Assembly: GCF_902652985.1 (NCBI RefSeq)
Contig: NC_047021.1
Location: forward strand, 25,544,001-25,608,000
Origin: Pecten maximus
Lineage: Eukaryota
Direction of reading: 5' to 3'
DNA length: 64,000 bases
The notes beneath the pieces were generated by a model. The model did no database searches, was not told the DNA's origin, and saw only the letters and a list, made by a program, of their open reading frames with translations. The translations under genes were made by a program, and so were the position numbers. Positions 38,791-48,238 of this stretch are shown piece by piece. Numbering within the stretch: position 1 is the first letter of the stretch; each line of letters starts with the position of its first letter.

Positions 38791-39619
38791 GAATATGTGA
38801 CGATAAGACCCTTTTGGTGGATTTAAGAGGACAATGGTGTAGCAAGTTTCGTTAGTGTACCTTTTCGAGGTTTGGCTTTGTGATGATTTTGTCTAAGGTT
38901 ACAGCATACTGTTGTTTTTTTATCTTACACGCAAGTTATTCAGGTGTGTTCAGGATTTGTGCATAACAGACGGTACACAAGACAAAGATCACGCAAAGAC
39001 CACTATTCATGAAAGTTAATTAGCAGTCATAACATACTACAACAATTTCAGATTTGCTCAGTTTTAAATCTGATGAATCATTTAATAATTCTACTAGGAT
39101 TTGCTTTTAACATAGGATTTGATAAAGTCAGAATTAATATCAAATAAGATATACAATTGGAATAATAGTTAAAAAGAAAAAAAAAATCACTATCTTCATA
39201 AAAATATATTCATAATTTATGAGGTCTGGTTCCGAACATAAATAGAGCACCTGTCCTCGGTAAATGGAAGTATAGATGTTCATGCAATTTGATGAAAGTT
39301 CCGTAATTATTTTATCAATAAATGATATTAATTTCATGTTATTTTCACATTATACTTACTGTTTGAACAAAACTGAAAACATCAAGTACGTGCTATATCT
39401 TAACGTTTATCTAACAATGTTATTGGTACGTCAGATATGTCACAAATATAATCTCCATTTCAAGATTGTTTTACAAATCAAAATTCTAAAATCAAGCAAT
39501 AATTGGTATTCTTTAAATTATGAAATAAACTATTAACAAAAGAGTAATAAATTAATATGTAAAAATGATATATGGCAGGAAGATAAATATAGACGGTCGG
39601 CATGACAAAAAGACGAATG

Positions 39620-39832
39620 TTCCCATTAGCTTTGGAGCTATTCGCTTTGGATTTTCACTCTGGTTGGCCCGGATGGAAGCGCGCGAGGAGTCGTCCTGTG
39701 GGAGGAAAACGGGGTACACGGAGAAACCCACGTGATCGGACAGGTACCCATACTTTTACCCGTCCGATAAAATCGAACTCCGGTTGCCTAGGTGAAAGGC
39801 AAGTTTGTCACCACTGTGTCACCTGACCACCG
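39620..39832 (-). mobile_element. tRNA-derived SINE with V-domain-like core
   Basis: Minus strand reads A-box-like TGACACAGTGG, B-box GAGTTCGATT, then GTGGGTTTCTCCGTGTACCCCGTTTTCCTCCCA resembling the V-SINE core. Confidence 0.65.
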
Positions 39833-40770
39833 TCATATGCAATCTGAGAAGCGGTATATTCCGGAGTAGTTCTCATCAACATAAGTCTATATTGCTCTTT
39901 CAAATAGAGAAGTAAATATAGAACATGTGGCCCATTTGGACGGTGCTCATTGAAAAAAGAAAGAAAAAAGGATGATAGGGTGAGAAGGAGAGTAAGTAGT
40001 TTATCAAAAGATCACAAGTGAACAAAACCCTTTGCCTTCGAGTAAGTCTAGGCGCACAAACTCATAAACTAATCTAGAAATGATTTATCATTTGAGAGAA
40101 ACATGTGTTATTACCAATCTAAGATCAGCCTGGAAATGCATTCACTCGGTATATTCAGAAAAAAAACATGCCTGTTTTAACAGGCGTCTGCTTCTGGTTA
40201 GTATTGATAGAAGACAAAATATTAGCCCTACTCCTACTATATCAACAAGGTGTAACACTAAAAAACGTATATTTTAGAGTGGTATGAAGGGGGCGATCTG
40301 ATTGGTTGACAACTCTATAAGCAATATTAACTATAATTGTCGACCTATCAAGTCTACTCCGTTCCACAGTCGATACATCGTAGATCTTCTAGTGTGACAT
40401 AGTATGAGTAGGGTATACTATTTTCTTTCCGTCAATACTAACCAGAAGCATACGCCTGTGATATAACGTAGGAATATGTCCTGAACGAAGCGAACAGAAG
40501 TTGGTATCAATGTGTCTCAACGGCCTGGAAAAATCTAATAGACAAAACATTGTCATATTGAATACGTGTTTTATTACAATGGTTTATTACACCAAAAGAT
40601 CACTTACCGTAATGGGATTTACTTATTTTGTAGATATGATAATGCGAAGTTAAAGTCACATACATGTATATTAGAATTAACAGAATAGGAAATTTACAGT
40701 AAGTCTATCAGTTCTGCATAAACACATTAATCTTTTTAGATAATTGATCACACTCATTTACTGGATTAAG

Positions 40771-41439
40771 TTACTTCTTTTTGTAACCATATCCGTTACA
40801 TAATGGACATCGTCTGAAGTCCCGAACCAAACCAGTTCCTTCGCATTTGCCGCACTTTGTATGCTCTTCAGGTGGCTCAAACGATTTAACGATGGCACCA
40901 GCTCCCAAGCCCGCCGCAGATCCACCAATAATCCCTCCAACAATGCCCCCGATAGGTCCACCAACGACAGTCCCAACGATGGCCCCTGAGACCCCTCCCC
41001 AAAGGCCGCCAGCACTTGTCGCTACTCCAACATTGTCGCCCTTTAGGGCGTAATATGGACCAGTGAAATGAGCAATGACAACATCGCCTATCTTTGGCAC
41101 AGACTGGCCGAGCAACGCTTTGGCAATGGATTCAATGGCCTTGCTCGCTGCATAATCAGCTGCTTTATCCTTCAATTTGTCTAAGGTTTTATTTGGAGGG
41201 AATTGTCCTCTGGCAAGTTCGATGGCTTTCACCAGGTAGATAGGTTCGCCCTGAATGGCAAGTTTGATAACTTCGTCTGTCTTACTGTCGTACAAAATTA
41301 CACTGCGGATTTTTTGACCAGCTATTTTAGTGAATTCCTCCTCGGCGCTCCTCCTAGTAGTAAATGTGTGAGCTGGTAAGATCTTTGGCGATTCATCCTC
41401 CTCCTTAGCATAGGCTGCTATTAAGTAACGTCTTGCCAT
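40771..41439 (-). CDS. uncharacterised glycine-zipper protein with C-terminal DnaJ-type (CxxCxGxG)x2 zinc finger, paralogue A (222 aa)
   Basis: Uninterrupted ORF with raised GC; ATG at 41439 lies 20 nt after a tttcatttcAG acceptor (41460-41461); collinear homology with 43934-44599. Confidence 0.85.
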   Translation of the reverse strand: MARRYLIAAYAKEEDESPKILPAHTFTTRRSAEEEFTKIAGQKIRSVILYDSKTDEVIKLAIQGEPIYLVKAIELARGQFPPNKTLDKLKDKAADYAASKAIESIAKALLGQSVPKIGDVVIAHFTGPYYALKGDNVGVATSAGGLWGGVSGAIVGTVVGGPIGGIVGGIIGGSAAGLGAGAIVKSFEPPEEHTKCGKCEGTGLVRDFRRCPLCNGYGYKKK

Positions 41440-42059
41440 TTTATCTTGGCTTTTAATGCCTGAAATGAAATTAAAAATCAAAACAGATAATCTAAAGATC
41501 GAATGCACGCCATATATGTGTCAATTTTAGATATGACGTAAACGTTATTAAATGTAGCATATCTTATACTTGTTCATAAAAAAAGATTATTACATTAAGT
41601 AGAAGCTGGCTTACAATGTTAATCACATATTATCGAAATGATATTACTGCTTTTCATGTATTAATCTGCTGGATTTTTAACACTAGAGTATTATCATAGA
41701 AGACACAAAACATGAATGAATATTCAATATAACAATGTATTTTAAACATTACATTCCATTTAGTTTATTAACTTTTCTCAAAGATTTTGACTATAAGTTA
41801 CGTCCATGGTTTACTTTAGCTACCTTGTATGTATCACGATATCTCGAAAAGTACTTTAATATGTATAATATAAAATTATTCAGTACAGCCTAGCAAATTA
41901 ATTTAGAAACAACAAATACTATCTAACCCAAGTCAACCCATTTCATTTACAAAACAGAAGTATATCTTCTAAACGAGAAACTATGGTAAGGTAATTCTAA
42001 ATATATTCATTAAATGACTGAAATAATACAAATATCTAAAAGCGTCAAAAGAAAATAAT

Positions 42060-42490
42060 TCCATAACCTGCAAAATGGAACTTTGGATTGTAACTTACAT
42101 ATAATACAGGAAAATCTCTGGGGTGCAAGTGGTAGTTCTAGAAACGTATAGTTATGTATAGAGAGAAAAGATATTTAATGGGAATATTCATGTCGTAAAC
42201 AAGAACAAACAACAAGGACTTGCCTAGACGTTCAGAGTCATTTAACAGAGTGATAAACTAAATTTAATTGGTTATATGATTTTAAACTGAGAGCCTATCA
42301 TGTTTTATTTTATATAGCCTTTTTATTGTATTAGGTACACACATACATATATAAATATGTTACTCTTTCTCTATGAATATTTTTACTGAAATATTGGTGA
42401 TGTTCAGAAATATCCCGAAACAAATATTCTTCAATAGGAAGATTAGATATATCGACTAATTACGAACTTGAGCATCTCAAGGTAAGTAAT
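42060..42490. promoter_or_regulatory. putative bidirectional promoter and non-coding first exons of the paralogue pair
   Basis: Outward-facing donor candidates (- CAG|GTTATG ~42067; + AAG|GTAAGT 42482) and back-to-back TATA-like boxes (- 42308-42316; + 42348-42357). The AT-rich background weakens the motif evidence. Confidence 0.4.
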
Positions 42491-43107
42491 GAAGGTATTT
42501 AGGATAGATATATGTAGACCAAGCTGAAAGTAAGTATGAACAGGAGTTAATATAAAATTATAGCTTGTTTTCAAATCCTACTGATTGATGTAATTGTGTT
42601 GTGATGTAGTGTGTAAGTGTATTTGAATGAAATACATTTTGTTTAAACTAAAACATTTATGTTATACCGAATTTAAGTAAATTGCATTGAAATGCACCTT
42701 TTTGGTTTTTCTGGTGTCATGCAACAGTGTCTTACATACACTCAATAATGTGAGGAAGCATCATCATTTAGGACATGTATGAACAGCACGGGCTAAACAA
42801 TTACATCAAGTATAATCAATCTAATCAAACTCACTAATAGCTAACACTGACAGGACATGTTCACGCTACAGATTACAACAAATTTGATGGTACAAAAAAT
42901 GAATTATCGATAAGCACAAAATCTATTATACAAAATAAAGACACCTCTTTACATGAATATAATATTGCTCCTTGTTGGGATCATTTAAACTTGAGGATAT
43001 AGTAAGTTACATTTACAACAAAACTGAAGGCACGCAAGCATCTGGAATTGTGAGTATACAAAATAGTGAAATCGTATGAGAGGTCGGTGGTATTGAAATA
43101 CTTGAGC

Positions 43108-43494
43108 TTTTTCGGCATAGCCGTATAATTTTCTTTTGACCCCGGATATGACGCGACAGGTGGCGTTCCTGGTCAAGATGAAGTATGTGATTGGTCAATG
43201 TAGCAGTAAATGCAAAATGCTGATATGGAGTAAAAAACGAAACAAAGTTAAGATTGAATGCAAGATTAATACGTAGATGTATCAATGTATGTGTTTTCAA
43301 ATAACACATTAATAAAATTATATTCCTGATTCAAATGCAGTCTTATTATTACCAAAAATGATTCAAACTGACATAATTTTGATATCCGTGCTAAAACGCA
43401 TTAGTTCGTTAAATTATTTCACCAGCAGTTTTACATTATAACCAACAGCATTGAAACTATGCCGTTTATCTTTTTTAAAGATATTTCTTGTTTA
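43108..43494 (+). repeat. dispersed repeat, copy 2 (unclassified)
   Basis: Highly similar to 21048-21393. Confidence 0.85.
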
Positions 43495-43933
43495 GCGTTG
43501 TTTTGGTAAAAATGAGGCTGATTTATTTTGTTCTATCCTTTTTCATTGAACGAAAAAGAATATTATAGAAAAAAAATTGCGCTCGAAAGCACTAATATTT
43601 TCATCGTATCCGTTTCCAGCCAGAGTACACATATTCTAATTGAAGATTAATATCGGTAGCGAATTTTAAGCTGTAGACAATATACGTATGGCAAGTTTTA
43701 ATTGCAAATAGTGTACATAGAGAAACGACCGCCTGTTCAAGCTTCGCGACTGGCATGCTGAGAGTCGCAGGTTTGATCCCTGGTGGAGGCATACTACTCG
43801 CTTTCCTGTTACATTTTCATACTGATTTATCTTAATGATTATTTAACGAAATGCGATAATCGAGTGTCTCTTCCTCTAACTTCAATATATTTCGCTATTT
43901 TTCAGGTGTATTTTGCATATAAGTCCATCAAAT

Positions 43934-44599
43934 ATGTCGAAAGAAGCGAAGAAAGGCAGATATATAGTAACATACTTTAAAACTGCTGAGCATCAAAAAC
44001 CAGCTGTACTCTGTGTTACCGACGACTTGGAGAAAGCCGAGGGAACGTTTAAAGAAGAGAGAGAAAGAAAGATATACAGCACAGTTTTATACGACAAACA
44101 GAATGACAGGGTAATGAAATTTGCCATTGAAGGGGAACCAAAGTCTCTTTCTCTTGCAATAGAATTGGCGAGGAATGGAAACGAATTAAACGTCAATGCC
44201 TCAAAAACGAAAAAAGAAGGAAATGTGGTCGAAGCTGTCGAACAGATTGAAAGTGTAGCATCCGCATTAATGGGAAATTCGGTACCTGGGATCGGCCATG
44301 TTGTCGAAGCCCACTTTCTGGGGCCTTATTACGCAATGCAGGGCGACGGAGTAAAAGCGGCCCAGGCATGTGCTGGGCTCTGGGGAGGAATGACTGGAAC
44401 CGTCCTAGGACTTCTTGCAGGACCCGCAGGTGCAGTGGCCGGGGGAATCGCCGGTGCGACCCTTGCATCAGAAGCAACATGTCGCCTATTCAAGGCATAT
44501 AATCATCCAGACAAATGCAAGAAGTGTAAAGGAACAGGGTTGGTCGAGGACTACCGCACGTGCAAGCAATGTGATGGTTTCGGGTACATCAAAAAGTAG
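43934..44599 (+). CDS. uncharacterised glycine-zipper protein with C-terminal DnaJ-type (CxxCxGxG)x2 zinc finger, paralogue B (221 aa)
   Basis: Uninterrupted ORF; ATG at 43934 follows a tatttttcAG acceptor (43904-43905); shares LYD, AIxGEP, AIELAR, SVPxIGxVVxAHFxGPYYA, GLWGG and both CxxCxG motifs with paralogue A. Confidence 0.85.
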   Translation: MSKEAKKGRYIVTYFKTAEHQKPAVLCVTDDLEKAEGTFKEERERKIYSTVLYDKQNDRVMKFAIEGEPKSLSLAIELARNGNELNVNASKTKKEGNVVEAVEQIESVASALMGNSVPGIGHVVEAHFLGPYYAMQGDGVKAAQACAGLWGGMTGTVLGLLAGPAGAVAGGIAGATLASEATCRLFKAYNHPDKCKKCKGTGLVEDYRTCKQCDGFGYIKK

Positions 44600-44753
44600 C
44601 TTCAAACAAGTTTTATGCATCAAGGAATGATTATGTAAATGAGATTTTATTTATAATAATTGTTATTTATATATTTCAAACGATGTTTACATTCTTTATT
44701 TCCAAGTCAGAAGGTTTTCGTCTCCCAAACCGCAATTAACTCCCGCCTCAAGC

Positions 44754-44864
44754 CACGGGGCATGTCTAGTCTTATATAAAAAATGGCCAGAAATACCTAT
44801 ATTATAGACTTATATATATGTATTTCTGGCTATTTGTTAATATAAGACTAGACATGCCCCTGTG
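44754..44864. repeat. ~110-bp imperfect hairpin
   Basis: GGGGCATGTCTAGTCTTATAT..GCCAGAAATAC pairs with GTATTTCTGGC..ATATAAGACTAGACATGCCCC. Confidence 0.85.
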
Positions 44865-45289
44865 ATAAAGCCATGAATTTTCCATCAATAGGCAAGCGAC
44901 ACCTTGTCAGGCGTTTTAACACCTATGAGAAAAATGCGGAGATTCTGGTATTTATATCACCCAAGTTTAAGGTTTTAACTAGAGAGTGAGAGACTGTTTT
45001 TGTAAACAAACACTTACACGTCACCAATTAGTTTTTCTTTTATCTTATGAAACTGCATTAAAAATTCTTCTGAGAGCTGGCGTCTTTATTTCATTTTTAG
45101 CAAAAGGCCCAATGGAAGTTGCATTAGAAGTTAGTGAGCAGTGCAGGTATATTGCTCATCTGCTTCTAATGCAACTTTTAAGTTGATCTAGCTAGGTCAT
45201 TTATGGATTTGCTAAGCTGATTACCACTTAATTCAAGTATAATAGTAGGCTAGATTATTTTAAGTTTTGTAGCTCTTCATTCAAACATA

Positions 45290-45801
45290 CTACATGTACT
45301 GGCCAAATATCGGGTATCTGGGTTATTGAGAAGAATATAGAAGTTGTTAAAAGATTTTACTCTATTTCACCCCTGTGACCTTGAAGGTAGGCCAAGATCA
45401 TTCATCTGAACAAACTTAGTAGGACTTGACCCAAGCATCTTACAGGTCAAATATCTGGGCCCAGATGTTCAAAAGGTGATTAGACTAATCATTGTTTAAC
45501 AACAATATTAAAATACTGATTCTGGTAAAACTAATTGACAAAATTTTCTTAAACAGTCTGTCCATACCTGCTTATTTTGAAGAATATACTTTAAGTAAAG
45601 GAGAAATGAGATTTTCACAAATCGAGTGATCAAGCTAATAACCTTTTGAACAACCGGGCCCTGGTATCTAGAACACTTGGTTATTAAAAAAAAAGTAGTT
45701 TCAAAAGTTTACCCTATCTGTCCTCGGTTACTTGAAAGTATGACAAGGTCATTCATTTGAAACCCTGTTAGCCTTCTTAGTGTTTTGGTCAGGTGAGCTA
45801 G
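45290..45801 (+). mobile_element. degenerate Helentron/HINE-like repeat remnant
   Basis: Repeated TTTTAC..GACCTTGAA..GGTCATTCAT blocks ending in TTTTGGTCAGGTGAGCTA, a terminus I recognise from oyster HINE-type repeats (not verified). Confidence 0.45.
45455..45663. mobile_element. MITE nested in the HINE-like remnant
   Basis: Imperfect TIR CTGGGCCCAGATGTTCAAAAGG / CCTTTTGAACAACCGGGCCCTG. Confidence 0.7.
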
Positions 45802-46306
45802 AAATGGATATTATAGCATAAAACAAAAAGCATTGATAGGAACTTACAGAATTTATTATATACAACAATACAGTATATTGTATTTTATAACATACTTATA
45901 AAAACCACGAGCCAGCTAGGGATAACATCAAAAACAATAATACATTCTATAATAACCAGTATGTCACTTTCCAGACAACTTTTCAAATACTGTTCCCTTT
46001 TAGATTAAGATTATTTCATTAAATCTAATCAAATCACATTGTCAGGAAAAATAACAATCTAATATATATATATAAAAAAATGCTGTGATTGATCTTTTAA
46101 ACTATATCAGGCCTCCATGTGTTCTTAAAACAATAACATTTAATACACATTTCACCTAAAACGAAATTGATTTTGGCAACAGAGAAGATATATCTACAAG
46201 TATAAAGCTCTCTGTTGAATAATATTTTCAAACTTCAAACAATAGTGTCATCATCAAAAACATACTTAATACTTGGGAAACATACTGATGCCTTCTGATA
46301 TATGGC

Positions 46307-47700
46307 ATGGACATTGGGTGGAGGATGTATGGGGTTGTGTAGTGAACATTGGGTGGAGGATTTGTGGGGTTGTGTAGTGGACATTGGGTGGAGGATGTGT
46401 GGGGTTGTGAAGTGAACATTGGGTGGAGGATGTGTGAGGTTGTGAAGTGGACATTTGGTGGAGGATGTGTGGGGTTGTGAAGTGGACATTGGGTGGAGGA
46501 TGTGTGGGGTTGTGAAGTGAACATTGGGTGGAGGATGTGTGAGGTTGTGAAGTGGACATTTGGTGGAGGATGTGTGGGGTTGTGTAGTGAACATTGGGTG
46601 GAGGATGTGTGGGGTTGTGAAGTGGACATTGGGTGGAGGATGTGTGGGGTTGTGAAGTGGACATTGGGTGGAGGATGTGTGGGGTTGTGTAGTGAACATT
46701 GGGTGGAGGATGTGTGGGGTTGTGTAGTGGACATTGGGTGGAGGATGTATGAGGTTGTGTAGTGAACATTGGGTGGAGGATTTGTGGGTTGGGAAGTGAA
46801 CATTGGGTGGAGGATTGGTGGGGTTGTGTAGTGGACATTGGGTGGAGGATGTGTGGGGTTGTGTAGTGGACATTGGGTGGAGGATGTGTGAGGTTGTGAA
46901 GTGAACATTGGGTGGAGGATGTGTGGGGTTGTGTAGTGAACATTGGGTGGAGGATTTGTGGGGTTGTGTAGTGAACATTGGGTGGAGGATTTGTGGGGTT
47001 GTGTAGTAAACATTGGGTGGAGGATGTGTGGGGTTGTGAAGTGGACATTGGGTGGAGGATGTGTGGGGTTGTGAAGTGGACATTGGGTGGAGGATGTGTG
47101 GGGTTGTGTAGTGAACATTGGGTGGAGGATGTGTGGGGTTGTGTAGTGGACATTGGGTGGAGGATGTGTGGGGTTGTGTAGTGGACATTGGGTGGAGGAT
47201 GTGTGAGGTTGTGAAGTGAACATTGGGTGGAGGATGTGTGGGGTTGTGTAGTGAACATTGGGTGGAGGATTTGTGGGGTTGTGTAGTGAACATTGGGTGG
47301 AGGATTTGTGGGGTTGTGTAGTAAACATTGGGTGGAGGATGTGTGGGGTTGTGAAGTGGACATTGGGTGGAGGATGTGTGGGGTTGTGAAGTGAACATTG
47401 GGTGGAGGATGTGTGAGGTTGTGAAGTGGACATTGGGTGGAGGATTTGTGGGGTTGTGAAGTGAACATTGGGTGGAGGATATGTGAGGTTGTGAAGTGAA
47501 CATTGGGTGGAGGATTTGTGGGGTTGTGTAGTGAACATTGGGTGGAGGATTTGTGGGGTTGTGTAGTGAACATTGGGTGGAGGATTTGTGGGGTTGTGTA
47601 GTGAACATTGGGTGGAGGATTTGTGGGGTTGTGAAGTGAACATTGGGTGGAGGATATGTGAGGTTGTGAAGTGAACATTGGGTGGAGGATTTGTGGGGTT
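46307..47700. repeat. 35-bp G-rich minisatellite, about 40 copies
   Basis: Unit GTGAACATTGGGTGGAGGATGTGTGGGGTTGTGTA with a few variant positions. Confidence 0.97.
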
Positions 47701-48238
47701 AATTGTCAAGAAGCTTTCGGCAGATATGGTAATCCTCCTATTTGCTCACCAATGAAGCTTAGAAATAACATTCTTGATCTCAAAACATTTTGATGATTAT
47801 TCTAATAACTGTTCATATCTCCAGTTTAAAGATTTGTGTGTTCAAGAAAATATCTTAATTTCAACAAAACAATTACATTAATGCATATCTAGATATACAT
47901 TAAAAAAAAAACAAAGATAGTTCCCAAGTGACAATTTCTGAAAAATACTTTCATCCTTATCACTGACCAAACAAATTATGTATTTCGAGCTATTGCTTCA
48001 TCATTCATATTTTTTCCCTACACTATGAATTTTATTTATGAGATATGGAAAGTTATCCTGTGGAATATTTATACTTATTTAAAGCAAAGTTTACTACTGA
48101 TGTGAACACATACAATCCAATATGACTAATAAAGTTGCAAACAGTCAGAAGTGGAAAGAAGAATGTAAAAATTGACACACATAATAATTGATTTCAGAAA
48201 TATTTCCATTTGGTCGTTAATTGATAAAAACAATTGTC

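Noticed and set aside
40758-41053. Overlapping or antisense short ORFs within the paralogue CDSs (also 43993-44630)
   Set aside because: Shadow frames of GC-richer coding sequence with no independent evidence.
41440-41508. N-terminal extensions of the ORF-track calls for the paralogue pair (also 43913-43933)
   Set aside because: Both calls start at non-ATG codons, the A extension runs through a splice acceptor, and homology begins after the internal ATGs at 41439 and 43934.
46228-47709. Three long (457-493 aa) minus-strand ORFs as genes
   Set aside because: By-product of a 35-bp satellite lacking stops on one strand; same periodic peptide in all frames and no unique domain.
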